From assembly GCA_046484585.1 (NCBI GenBank), contig JAWOIQ010000148.1:1-59740 (forward strand): a stretch of DNA of 59,740 bases, written 5' to 3'. Shown here piece after piece: positions 49,499-59,147 of the stretch. Each line of letters begins with the position of its first letter. Positions within the stretch are counted from its first letter, which is position 1. The notes beneath the pieces are model-generated. The model saw nothing but the letters and a program-made list of their open reading frames with translations, was not told the origin of the DNA and did no database searches. Both the position numbers and the translations under genes were made by a program. The stretch comes from Desulfurivibrionaceae bacterium (GTDB taxonomy: Bacteria > Desulfobacterota > Desulfobulbia > Desulfobulbales > JAGXFP01).

Positions 49499-51247
49499 TT
49501 ACTTTAAATATTTTCTGACTCTGGCAGTCAATTCTTCCGGGGTAAAGGGTTTGGTCAGATATTCGTTGCAGCCGGACATCCTGCCCTTGACCTTGTCGAT
49601 CATGCCGTCCCTGGCCGTAAGCATGATGACCGGAATTTTCCTGAAATTGCTGTTGTGTTTCATGGTGGATAAAACCTGATAACCGTCCATGCCCGGCATG
49701 ACGATGTCAAGGAGAACCAGGTCCGGGGTCATCTCGTTGAACCTGGCCATTGCCTCGATGCCGTCTTTTGCCTCAATAACGTCAAAACCTTCATGCCGGA
49801 GGATGACGGTGATCACCTTGCGGGTGGTGGCGCTGTCCTCGACCACCAGGACCGTTTTGTCCCGGCGGTTTTCGGTGGCGGCAACAATTTTTTTATTCGG
49901 CGCCTGATCGGAGTTATCGCCCATGGGCAGCTCGACATTGGCCATATGGTCCAGGAGGAGGTTCAGTTGCCGGCGGTACTGTTCATTGTCCGGCTCAAGT
50001 TTTCTGGTCTTGTATAATTGGTCGAGCCCCTCTTCCCATTGATTGCTATTAAGATGGGCCAAGGCGAGGTTGAAGTGGACCCGATGCTTTTTCTCGACCA
50101 GAATAATCTTGGTGTACCGGTGGATCGCCTGGTCGATGATCTCTTTGTTTACCTGTTTTTTGGGAGATCTCAGCATGGCCGGGGTAATCCGGAAATAGGC
50201 CTTGCAGTGCGCGCAGGACTCGGGACTTTCGATATAGGGGGTCCGGCAGAAAGGGCAGTGTCTGATGGTCGTGCTTTTGGAGCAGCCATTTTCGTAGGCT
50301 ACTTGCAGCTTTTTGATTTCCTCGCCGACTTCCGGATCGTTCTCCGCCAGGATTTTGGCGTTATCCAGGGCGGCCTCAACCGCTTTTATGTTGTCGGTCA
50401 CCCTGGAATACCAGAGCCAGGCCTCGCTATTGCGCGGATTCTGTTTCAGCAGGGTAGCCAGCATCTGCTGGGCCTGCTTGTTCTCGTTGGCTTCCGCCCG
50501 CCTGATTGCCTGGTAGAGCAGATCTCGGGTGTCGGACTTTTTGAGCGGCTCGGAAGATATCACATCTTTTTTAAGCTCATCCTTGCGCCTGGCGCTTTCC
50601 AGGATCAAGGTTTTGAGTCCGAAGCCGATTTTTTTTTCCTGTTTTTCCTCGGGTAGACTTTTTATCCGGAGCCTGGCGCTTTTCCAGCCGATCATGGTCA
50701 TGGCCGCGCGATCGGCGGTCAGATCTTGATATTCCGCATTGTGGAGCCTGCCCTTGACGAAGTAGAAGCGGCCGGTCTCCTTCCTGGCGTTGCTGGCTTC
50801 CAGGATACAGCTCTTCTCTTCCATTTCGATAAGCTGCAGAAAGCCGGCGACGGAGAGGCCGTCAAGGGAGGTACCCTGTTCGAACTGGGCCAGGGCATCG
50901 ATGATGGCGTTGGCGAGGGCCTGGAGATCAATGGGTTTTTCGAGATAGTGAAAGATGCCGCGCTGGTCGAGGATATCTTGAATTTCGGCGCTGCCGAAGG
51001 CGGTCATGACGATGCAGGGGACTCTGGGCTGATTCTGGCTCATGTAGGCGAGCAGTTCCAGGCCGTCCATCTTCGGCATGTAAAGATCGGTAACCAGAGC
51101 GGAAACAGTCTCTTTTTTGAGCAGGCATACCGCTTCTTCACCGTTGGCGGCGGTCAGGATCTCGAAATCGGATTCGTATTTCCGCAGACCCAGGACGATG
51201 GGGTTCAGCAGTTCCTGGGAGTCGTCGACGATCAGCACCTTGTTCAT
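49499..51247 (-). CDS. REC-DUF4388/PATAN-TPR-zinc ribbon-TPR-REC regulator (PatA/PilG-like)
   Basis: TDLYMP receiver; LQLIEMEEKSCIL...GRFYFVKGRLHNA; AWLWYS TPR; CPFC/CAHC; C-terminal PVIMLTARDGMIDKVKGRMSGCNEYLTKPF. Confidence 0.85.
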   Translation of the reverse strand: MNKVLIVDDSQELLNPIVLGLRKYESDFEILTAANGEEAVCLLKKETVSALVTDLYMPKMDGLELLAYMSQNQPRVPCIVMTAFGSAEIQDILDQRGIFHYLEKPIDLQALANAIIDALAQFEQGTSLDGLSVAGFLQLIEMEEKSCILEASNARKETGRFYFVKGRLHNAEYQDLTADRAAMTMIGWKSARLRIKSLPEEKQEKKIGFGLKTLILESARRKDELKKDVISSEPLKKSDTRDLLYQAIRRAEANENKQAQQMLATLLKQNPRNSEAWLWYSRVTDNIKAVEAALDNAKILAENDPEVGEEIKKLQVAYENGCSKSTTIRHCPFCRTPYIESPESCAHCKAYFRITPAMLRSPKKQVNKEIIDQAIHRYTKIILVEKKHRVHFNLALAHLNSNQWEEGLDQLYKTRKLEPDNEQYRRQLNLLLDHMANVELPMGDNSDQAPNKKIVAATENRRDKTVLVVEDSATTRKVITVILRHEGFDVIEAKDGIEAMARFNEMTPDLVLLDIVMPGMDGYQVLSTMKHNSNFRKIPVIMLTARDGMIDKVKGRMSGCNEYLTKPFTPEELTARVRKYLK

Positions 51248-51712
51248 GCGATCGCCTCTAACCCGTTGCAGTTAGAAAAAAGATTTGGTAATGACATTCG
51301 GAAGTCCCCCCCTTACACAGGACATCGAGCATATTATCACGTAACTCAATGAAAAGTGAAGTGTTTTTTTGACTTCCGGCTCATATAACAAAAGGTTGGG
51401 CCTTTGTAAATAATTTAATAGATAGGGTTTGGTCAGGCTTTTTGGTCAGGGGTCTTCTTCCTTTTCGGTTCTGATATTCGGTTGATATTTATAGTAAATT
51501 AGATTTCATGGATAATTGGGCCACCGTAAGATTAGGTGCGACGGTGTGGTATTTGCCGGGCCCGAAGAGTAACTTTTGGATTTATGGAACTTTTTTTTAA
51601 TTGACATTGTTTGCCTCTCATTTTCTTATATAGGCCGATTGTTGTGGTCCAGGGGGGGCCTGGCTTGTACGTAATATTTTCAACTAAATTTATTCTGATG
51701 ACAGGAGAGATC

Positions 51713-52879
51713 ATGAAAATCCGTGGAGAAATCTTAAGTTCTTCCCTCAGGGGCGCTGTTTCGAGGACGGCTTTTTTGTTGACGGCGGCGGTTGCCGTGG
51801 CGGTCATGCCGGCTGTTTCCCATGCCGGCGAGGCGGAGCTTAAAGCCGAGATCGACAAGATCTGGTCCAAGCTCGCCAATGTGGAGGTCGCGGCCGGGAT
51901 TACCGAGCCCGCGCCCGTCGAACCGACCTGGAGCGACCGGCTGACCATCGGCGGCGTGGTTGAAGTCGAGGCCGGGGTTTATGACGACGACACCTTCACC
52001 GAGAGCGATATTGCGGTGGCCACCGTCGAACTGGGCATCGAGGCCGAGGTCAGCGACTTCAGCTCCGCCCATGTCCTCCTCCTCTATGAGGACGATGATG
52101 ATCTCCAGGTCGACGAGGCCTTTATCACCCTCGGCAACCTTGAAAGAAATCCCTTTTATCTGACCGCCGGTAAGCTTTATGTGCCCTTCGGTAATTACGA
52201 GTCCCAGATGGTTTCCGATCCCCTTACCCTGGAGATCGGCGAAGCCCGGGAAGACGCGCTCCTGGTAGGGATTGAAGTTGCGGGGTTTTATGTCTCGGCC
52301 TACGGATTTAACGGCGACACCCAAGACGACGGCGATGACGTGGTCGAGCATTATGGCGCCAATCTCGGCTATGCCTTCGAGGCCGAGACGGTGAGTTTCG
52401 ATATCGGCGGCGGCTGGATCAGCTCCATCCGCGACAGCGACGGGCTTTCCGATATATTAGGAGCTATTGTTGAAGATCCGTTGGATCCGTTGTCGCCTTT
52501 TGTGGAAACTGAATATATCCAAGGCTATAGCGCCCATCTGATCGCCGGTCTCGGTCCGCTGACCCTGATCGCCGAATATCTCACCGCCGCCGACGATCTG
52601 CTGGCCGCCAATCCCTTCGTGACCAATTCACGGATCTCCGCCTATAACGTTGAAGCGGGCGTGTTCTTTCCCCTGGCCGGCCGGGATGCATATGTTGCCG
52701 TCGGATACCAGGAAACCGATGAGGCCCTCTGGGCCGGTTTGGCCGAGAAGCGGATCGTGACCGCCGTGGCGGTGGAGATCATGGACGGCACCTCCCTGGC
52801 CCTGGAATGGTTGAATGAAGAGGATTACGACGGCGTAGACTCGGATATCTATACCCTGCAGCTGGCCGCCGAGTTCTAA
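51713..52879 (+). CDS. Outer-membrane porin (LbtU-like)
   Basis: AGGAG RBS, signal peptide, short coiled coil, AGKLYVPFG, SDPLTLEIGE, terminal Phe. Confidence 0.75.
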   Translation: MKIRGEILSSSLRGAVSRTAFLLTAAVAVAVMPAVSHAGEAELKAEIDKIWSKLANVEVAAGITEPAPVEPTWSDRLTIGGVVEVEAGVYDDDTFTESDIAVATVELGIEAEVSDFSSAHVLLLYEDDDDLQVDEAFITLGNLERNPFYLTAGKLYVPFGNYESQMVSDPLTLEIGEAREDALLVGIEVAGFYVSAYGFNGDTQDDGDDVVEHYGANLGYAFEAETVSFDIGGGWISSIRDSDGLSDILGAIVEDPLDPLSPFVETEYIQGYSAHLIAGLGPLTLIAEYLTAADDLLAANPFVTNSRISAYNVEAGVFFPLAGRDAYVAVGYQETDEALWAGLAEKRIVTAVAVEIMDGTSLALEWLNEEDYDGVDSDIYTLQLAAEF

Positions 52880-52902
52880 GAAGCAGTTTCCCGGTTGTCT
52901 GC

Positions 52903-52947
52903 AAAAAAACGGATCGTCTCCCAGTTTGGAAGACGGTCCTTTTTTTT
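52903..52947. terminator. Bidirectional terminator between convergent genes
   Basis: A tract, GGATCGTCT...AGACGGTCC stem, T tract. Confidence 0.7.
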
Positions 52948-52994
52948 AAGCAAATTCAGGAATCAGCAAAAAATATCTAGAATAATTTCCACCT

Positions 52995-55109
52995 TCAATC
53001 CTGTTCATCCAGGGCCAGTCCCACGGCGTGACTGAGTTTGTCGATGCCGATCGGTTTTTCCAGACAGCAGCTGATAAAATTTATCTTCCGTTCCTCGATG
53101 ATTCCGTCGATCTTCTCGGTTGTGTCGCCGGAGAGGATTATAATCCTTGCCGACGGGTTCAGGCGGTTAATCTCCACGGCGCAATCGAGCCCGTTTCCGG
53201 TCGGCATATTGTAGTCGATGATAATCAGGTCGGGCCGCCAGGTGTTGAGCGCGGCAAGGGCCTCTTCGCAATTATTGGCGCTGGCGGTTTCGTAGCCGAT
53301 TTTATCGAGCAGCCGGGTCATCGGGACAATGGCCTGCGCCTCGTCGTCGACGATCAGGATTCTTTGGCCCAGCCCCTCAATGTCCTTCAGGGGAGTAAGC
53401 CGGTTTCGAGTGACGCTGTGATCGCAGAGGGGTAGGGTTATGGTTACCGTGGTACCGATTCCCAAGGTGGATTCTATTTTTATATCGCCGCCGTGTTCCT
53501 GGATAATTCCGTAACTGGAGGAGAGCCCCAGGCCGGTTCCCTTGTCGACTTCCTTGGTGGTAAAGAACGGTTCGAAAACCTTGTCGATAATCTTTTCATC
53601 CATGCCAGAACCGGTATCGGTAATAATAATCGTAGCCTCGGCGTCGACTCCCAGGAGCTTGATTTTAAGATCCCCTCCCCAGGGCATGGCGTCGGCGGAG
53701 TTTGCGCAGATATTGGCCAGGACCTGGAAAAGGGCGGCCGGATCTCCCATGACTTCCAGGGACTCCGGGGCCTCGTAGGTCAGGTTGACATCCTTGCCCA
53801 CCGAACTTTTGATCAGGGTGTAGGCATCGGGAATCAGTTGGGCCAGATCAATTTCCTGAAATTCCCGTTCTCTCTTTGGCTGGGAAAACTGCATGAGCCC
53901 GGTGACCAGTTTCGAACCGGCCTGGACGGAATCGTTAATCCAGGTGGTTACTTCCTGTATTTGCGGATCGTCCTCGTGGTTACTCTGGAGGACCTGGCTG
54001 TTCATCAGGATGCCGGCCAGGATATTCCTGAAGTTGTGGGCGATGCCTTTGGTCAATACGGCCAGGGCGTCCATCTTCTGACCTTTCTGAATCTGTTGCT
54101 CCATGATGCGTTGATGGGTGATGTCGCGGGAGGTGTGGACGAAGCCGTTTATATGACCGTATTCGTCGAACAGCGGCGCGGCCGAGATCCACAGGGTCTG
54201 CCCGGTGGCGCGGGTGTGCTTTTCGATATGGTGGGGCTTGCCGTCTTCAATTACCTGGGGAATGGGGCAATCGGGACAGATCTCGGATGACTGCTCGAAT
54301 ATCTCGTGACAACGATGATCAACCAGTTCGGGAAAATCGGCATGGAGCCTCTCCCGCCCCGCCTTGTTGATTCTTTTGATGGTGAAGGAAGGATCGATGA
54401 TGGCGATTACGTCGTCAATGGCGTCAAAGGTTTTCTCCCATTCCACCTTGGCGTGAAGGATCCGGTTTTGCGCGTCTTGCTGCTCTTTGCGATGCTTTTT
54501 TTCCTTCTCCTCGGCGATGATGAAGGTCGCCGCCACCAGCATCAGGATGCTGATTATCATCATATTGTGTTTCAGCTTGAGCGAGGAAAGGGCTTTCTGT
54601 TGTCGGGAGACGTTGGTGTATATTTCCACGGCTCCGATCAGTCTGCCTTCCCTGGTCAGCGGATAATAGGTTTCGATAACATCATGCTGAAAGGACTCGT
54701 TGTCGACGGAAAGGTTTTTTTCCTTGACGATCTTCGAGTAACTCGACCCGTTGGCTATTTTTTCCCAGAAGCCGGCATCGGGATAAGTTTCGCCGAGGTT
54801 CTCCGGGGTTGTCGAAAAAACGACGGTGCCGTCGACGGAAAATATTTTGATTTTTAATATCTTGAAATCGTTGAGGAATTTTCTTGATTCCTCCCCCAGT
54901 TCGGAGGGGATGCTTGCCGCGGTTATGCCAGGATTGCCGACGATCATTCGGGAAAGATGTCTGGCCGAATTAATGGCGCTGGTCTCAAGATTGCCGAAGA
55001 TCAGGTCGGTGAACAGCGGAGTCATGATAAAGACCGAATAAAGCGGCAGGATAGTAATTATCAGAAAGACCAATAACCTGAAGGCCCGATATTTGCTGGA
55101 AGGCGGCAT
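52995..55109 (-). CDS. Membrane hybrid histidine kinase (periplasmic sensor, PAS, HK, REC)
   Basis: 2 TM, EWEKTFDAI PAS, GIAHNFRN, FEPFFTTK, GTGLGL, IDYNMP. Confidence 0.9.
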   Translation of the reverse strand: MPPSSKYRAFRLLVFLIITILPLYSVFIMTPLFTDLIFGNLETSAINSARHLSRMIVGNPGITAASIPSELGEESRKFLNDFKILKIKIFSVDGTVVFSTTPENLGETYPDAGFWEKIANGSSYSKIVKEKNLSVDNESFQHDVIETYYPLTREGRLIGAVEIYTNVSRQQKALSSLKLKHNMMIISILMLVAATFIIAEEKEKKHRKEQQDAQNRILHAKVEWEKTFDAIDDVIAIIDPSFTIKRINKAGRERLHADFPELVDHRCHEIFEQSSEICPDCPIPQVIEDGKPHHIEKHTRATGQTLWISAAPLFDEYGHINGFVHTSRDITHQRIMEQQIQKGQKMDALAVLTKGIAHNFRNILAGILMNSQVLQSNHEDDPQIQEVTTWINDSVQAGSKLVTGLMQFSQPKREREFQEIDLAQLIPDAYTLIKSSVGKDVNLTYEAPESLEVMGDPAALFQVLANICANSADAMPWGGDLKIKLLGVDAEATIIITDTGSGMDEKIIDKVFEPFFTTKEVDKGTGLGLSSSYGIIQEHGGDIKIESTLGIGTTVTITLPLCDHSVTRNRLTPLKDIEGLGQRILIVDDEAQAIVPMTRLLDKIGYETASANNCEEALAALNTWRPDLIIIDYNMPTGNGLDCAVEINRLNPSARIIILSGDTTEKIDGIIEERKINFISCCLEKPIGIDKLSHAVGLALDEQD

Positions 55110-55271
55110 GGTTTGTTTCTCTTTGGAGCTGGTTGATGTAGTGGAGGTTGAGGCCTCCTGGATTGTGGTGGTCTAGAATAGCAGATTTATTTCAATTAAT
55201 TAAGGTTTCTTCCCGCTTTACCGGCTTTTATGCTCCATCGGCTACCACATGTATGGCCTTGTCGCATAAAG

Positions 55272-55372
55272 TCGAGGGTACCATAATGTCATTTCGACCA
55301 AAGGGAGAAATCTTAATAGTAACAATAAGTTAAAGAACAAGATTTCTCACATTCGTTCGAAATGACAGCTTT
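55272..55372 (+). repeat. Palindromic element H, copy 1
   Basis: GTCATTTCGAC...GAGAAATCT-loop-AGATTTCTC...TCGAAATGAC; inverted copy at 57128-57228. Confidence 0.85.
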
Positions 55373-55518
55373 ATAGGAATGCATCAACCAGGCGTCTTTC
55401 GATGACCGCTTGTTCTCCGGGTTCTACCTGCTTCCAGCTTGCCTGGCCTAGGCAATGGTTGTTCGTTTTATAACTTGCACCCCCTGGTTTTTCTATAATA
55501 CACTTAATTTTACCGAAA

Positions 55519-55577
55519 CCTGAATCCGTGAGCGTTCGAGAACGGTGCGGATCAAGGCGGCAACGATGTTATCGGGC
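55519..55577 (-). mobile_element. MITE family A, copy 7 (truncated, right end only)
   Basis: CCTGAATCCGTGAGCGTTCGAGAACGGTGC...GGCAACGATGTT. Confidence 0.8.
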
Positions 55578-55630
55578 ACAAAGATCATTTATGGACAGGC
55601 ACCAGTTTTACTACGCGGAGGTGAAAACAT

Positions 55631-56179
55631 ATGCACCGAATGACCGAACAGCACCTTATCAACGCCTTCGGCGGTGAGAGCATGGCCAATATGCGCTATC
55701 TTCATTTCGGTAATCAGGCCGAAAAGGAGAATTTCGCCAATGTGGCCCGACTCTTTCGGGTCATTGCCTATGCCGAATTCATCCATGCCGGCGACCATTA
55801 TCGCGAAGTTAAGCACCTGAAGGGCGGTTTCGTGGCCAACAGCATGGGCGCCTTCGGGCCCGGCGATACCGAAAAGAACCTGCAACTGGCGATAGACGGC
55901 GAAACCTTCGAGATCGAGGAGATGTACCCCTCTTATATCGAAGTCGCCAGAATGCAGGGTGAAAAGGGGGCGCAGCGCTCTTTCGAGTGGTCTTACGCCA
56001 CCGAGAAGATGCATAAGAAACTGTTCACCAACGCGCATGAGCATGTGAAGAGCGGCAAGGACACGGAACTCGGCGCGGTCCAGGTCTGTGAAGTCTGCGG
56101 TTATACCCTGGAAGGAGAGGCGCCGGACAAGTGTCCGGTCTGCAACGCAAAGAAAGAAAAATTCACCGCCTTCGAATAA
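55631..56179 (+). CDS. rbr: Rubrerythrin
   Basis: AFGGES, AEFIHA, GETFE..EMYP, EKMH, CEVCG...CPVC. Confidence 0.93.
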   Translation: MHRMTEQHLINAFGGESMANMRYLHFGNQAEKENFANVARLFRVIAYAEFIHAGDHYREVKHLKGGFVANSMGAFGPGDTEKNLQLAIDGETFEIEEMYPSYIEVARMQGEKGAQRSFEWSYATEKMHKKLFTNAHEHVKSGKDTELGAVQVCEVCGYTLEGEAPDKCPVCNAKKEKFTAFE

Positions 56180-56199
56180 ACCGGGCAGAGGAGGAATGT

Positions 56200-56400
56200 A
56201 TGTGCGAGTTACCTAAGGAAAAAAACAGTAAGGGCGAGAGAATCTGTCCGTTGTGCAAAGGCGAAAAAACCATATCCGGCACCTGTACCTGCGATATGGA
56301 GTGGCGCGGCACCCAGAGAGACTCGGATTGGAGCGACTGCAAGTGCACCCCGACCGAAGAGTGCCCGACCTGTCACGGCGCCGGGGTGGTCCGTGATTGA
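56200..56400 (+). CDS. Small Cys-rich zinc-finger-like protein
   Basis: GAGGAGG RBS; CPLCKG, CTC, CKC, CPTCHGAG. Confidence 0.75.
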   Translation: MCELPKEKNSKGERICPLCKGEKTISGTCTCDMEWRGTQRDSDWSDCKCTPTEECPTCHGAGVVRD

Positions 56401-56602
56401 TGGCGTCGCAAAAACTCTGATCTACTGCGTCGTAGCGCATTTTTGCTCCTTCGGCATACCACATGTATGGCCTCAGTCGCAAAAACACACTACTTCTTGC
56501 ACCCCAAGGGTTCTGTTCAATCCTCCCTTGAGGAGGGCACTTCCTGCGGGGCGTATATCAAAGTTTTGCTTAGCCATTCCGTGACTTTTTGCGAACTTGT
56601 CA
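56398..56602 (+). mobile_element. Family D element with nested element C
   Basis: Ends TGATGGCGTCGCAAAAA / TTTTTGCGAACTTGTCA; element C at 56499-56552. Confidence 0.8.
56499..56552 (-). repeat. Element C nested in family D element
   Basis: Reverse complement matches 10721-10775. Confidence 0.85.
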
Positions 56603-56657
56603 TGATTGACTGATAAGGGGCGGCCCTTCGGATAAAAATCTACCAGGAGGTGGCATT

Positions 56658-56930
56658 ATGTTGAACAAAGAGGAAATCTGCAAAAAAATAACTGAAATTT
56701 ATCCGGACATCGGAGCATGCGGCATCGATGTGAAGGTTGATTACGATGAGGCGCAAAAGGCCTGGGTGGTCGACTTGAAAAAGGATGAACATGAACTGAA
56801 AACCTATATCGAGACGCCGGAGGCCGAAAAATGTCTGGAAGGGAAGCAGTGCGTCTCTCTGGGCCTTGAGATCGCCCAGCTGCGGAAAACCATCGAAGAG
56901 CTGCACGGTTCGGCGAAATACGGCGGCTGA
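56658..56930 (+). CDS. Small hypothetical protein
   Basis: AGGAGG RBS; 90-aa ORF. Confidence 0.75.
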   Translation: MLNKEEICKKITEIYPDIGACGIDVKVDYDEAQKAWVVDLKKDEHELKTYIETPEAEKCLEGKQCVSLGLEIAQLRKTIEELHGSAKYGG

Positions 56931-56956
56931 AAGGGGCATCGGTGGCTGCTCATTTC

Positions 56957-57099
56957 CGATAAACTCGCAAAAAATGATTTACCACGTCATTGTGAGGCGC
57001 GAAGCAGCGAAGCAATCCAGTATTTTCAATTAGTTACATGTTCTGGATTGCTTCGCTGCGCTCGTAATGACTGAATTGTGACTTTTTGCGGCCTCATCA
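56957..57099. repeat. D-like shell enclosing a GTCATT...AATGAC palindrome
   Basis: CTCGCAAAAA / TTTTTGCGG ends; inner perfect stem GCAGCGAAGCAATCCAG / CTGGATTGCTTCGCTGC. Confidence 0.8.
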
Positions 57100-57127
57100 C
57101 TCTTGATGAGTTCGCAAAAAGGACAAA

Positions 57128-57228
57128 AAAGCTGTCGTTTCGTACGCATGTGAGAAATCTTGTTTTTTAACTTCTGGTTATTATTAAGATTTCTCCCTTT
57201 GGTCGAAATGACATTATGGTAACCTCGA
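57128..57228 (-). repeat. Palindromic element H, copy 2
   Basis: Reverse complement aligns without gaps over about 100 bp with 55272-55372. Confidence 0.85.
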
Positions 57229-57232
57229 GTTA

Positions 57233-59128
57233 TCACTCTTCTTTCATATCCAACAGCTTCCGGATCTCTTCGATCGAGAGGGTTTCCTTGCGGCGCAGCT
57301 CCTGCCGCAATAGATCAAGTTTGTCCCGGTGCTCGCGCAAGGTCTCCATGGTTTCCTGCTTGATTCGGCCGAGAAGTTCCTGGATTTCCTTGTCGATCAG
57401 CCAGGCGGTTTTTTCGCTGTAATCCTTCTGCTCGGCCAGACTCCTTCCCAGGAAAGGGTGGGGGGCGCCGTGCTGATAGGATACCGGTCCCAATTCCTCG
57501 CTCATCCCCCATTCGGAGATCATCCTTCTCGCCATTTCGGTAGCCTTTCGCAAATCGTCGCCGGCCCCGGTGGTAATGTCGTCGTAGACCAGAACTTCGG
57601 CAGCCTGACCGCCGAGGAGGATTTTCAGGTGATTAATAAGAGTTTTTCGGCCGAGATTATGCCGGTCTTCCCTGGGGGTCTGCTCGGTCGCCCCCAGGGA
57701 GCGGCCATGGGGGATAATGGTCACTTTCTTGATGGGATCGGCCCCGGGAGTGAAAAGCGCCATCAGGGTGTGGCCCGACTCGTGACAGGCGATCACCTCT
57801 TTCTCGTCTTCGGTGACCAGATCTTCGCGGGCGATGCCGAGGATTATCTTGTCGCGGGCCTCCTCGAAATCCTCAGGAGTCACCTTTTTCCGGTTCTTGC
57901 GGGCGGCCATCAGGACCGCCTCGTTGACCAGATTTTTAAGGTCGGCGCCGGTAAAACCGACGGTGCGGGCGGCGATATTTTTCAGATCGATGTCTTTGGT
58001 CAGGGGTTTTGGGGCGGTATGCAGTTCGAGAATTTTCTGCCGCGCCTCCCTGGTCGGGTGATCGAGGGTGATCTGGCGGTCGAAGCGGCCCGGTCTGATC
58101 AGGGCCGGGTCGAGAACGTCCGGGCGATTGGTGGCGGCGATCACCACCACCGATTCATGGGGCGAAAAGCCGTCCATTTCGGAGAGGATCTGGTTCAAGG
58201 TCTGTTCCCGTTCGTCGTGGCCGCCGCCGACCCCGGTACCGCGGACCCGGCCGATGGAGTCAAGTTCGTCGATGAACACGATGGCCGGGGCTTCTTTCTT
58301 GGCGTTGTCAAACATATCGCGGACCCGGGAGGCGCCGACCCCGACGAACATTTCGATAAATTCGCTGCCGCTGATACTGTAAAAGGTTACCCCGGCCTCG
58401 CCGGCCGTGGCCCGCACCAGCAGGGTTTTGCCGACTCCCGGCGGACCCACCAGGAGGATGCCCCTGGGCAGCTCGGCGCCCAGCTCCTGGTATTTTTCCG
58501 GCGAGCGCAGAAAGTCGACCACCTCCATCAGTTCCTTCTTGGCGTTTTCGAGTCCGGCCACGTCCTTGAAAGTGGTGCCGACTTTCGATTTGGTATACAA
58601 CTTCGCCTTGGATTTCCCAAAACTGAAGGGGCCGTCCGCCCCCTGGAAGCGTTCGCTCATCTTTCTGCTGGTGTAGACGAAGAAACCGATGATCAGCAGC
58701 CAGGGCAGCATTGAGATAACTATTCGCCAGAAGAAGGGATCCCCCTCTTCCTCGGCGTGGATGGTTATTTGATGTTCTTCCAGTAAATCAAGGAGGGAGT
58801 TGTCCTCAATCGGGGGCATAACCGTTTTGAAACCCGGTGTGGCTTGCCTTTCACCATTTTTTCTATTTGCACCGTTTTCAGAATCTGTTCCTTTTTCGGC
58901 AAAGCTGCCGGAAATCCGGCTGCCTTTTATGGTTACCGAACTTATTTCGCCGGACCGCGCTTGCTTTTTGAAATCGGTATAGGATATTTCCTCGGGGGAC
59001 ATCTGCCCGGCGGTATAAAGGTTGAGGATGGAAACAAAGAGCAGCCAGATTAGGATGGATATGAGGATCCACGATAATCTTGGCTGGCTTGGCGGAGATT
59101 GGGCAGGTGGGGGCGGACTGTTATTCAT
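57233..59128 (-). CDS. ftsH: ATP-dependent zinc metalloprotease
   Basis: 2 [41 protein letters not shown]; GAAGGAGG RBS before ATG 59128. Confidence 0.96.
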   Translation of the reverse strand: MNNSPPPPAQSPPSQPRLSWILISILIWLLFVSILNLYTAGQMSPEEISYTDFKKQARSGEISSVTIKGSRISGSFAEKGTDSENGANRKNGERQATPGFKTVMPPIEDNSLLDLLEEHQITIHAEEEGDPFFWRIVISMLPWLLIIGFFVYTSRKMSERFQGADGPFSFGKSKAKLYTKSKVGTTFKDVAGLENAKKELMEVVDFLRSPEKYQELGAELPRGILLVGPPGVGKTLLVRATAGEAGVTFYSISGSEFIEMFVGVGASRVRDMFDNAKKEAPAIVFIDELDSIGRVRGTGVGGGHDEREQTLNQILSEMDGFSPHESVVVIAATNRPDVLDPALIRPGRFDRQITLDHPTREARQKILELHTAPKPLTKDIDLKNIAARTVGFTGADLKNLVNEAVLMAARKNRKKVTPEDFEEARDKIILGIAREDLVTEDEKEVIACHESGHTLMALFTPGADPIKKVTIIPHGRSLGATEQTPREDRHNLGRKTLINHLKILLGGQAAEVLVYDDITTGAGDDLRKATEMARRMISEWGMSEELGPVSYQHGAPHPFLGRSLAEQKDYSEKTAWLIDKEIQELLGRIKQETMETLREHRDKLDLLRQELRRKETLSIEEIRKLLDMKEE

Positions 59129-59147
59129 CAAACCTCCTTCATTTATA

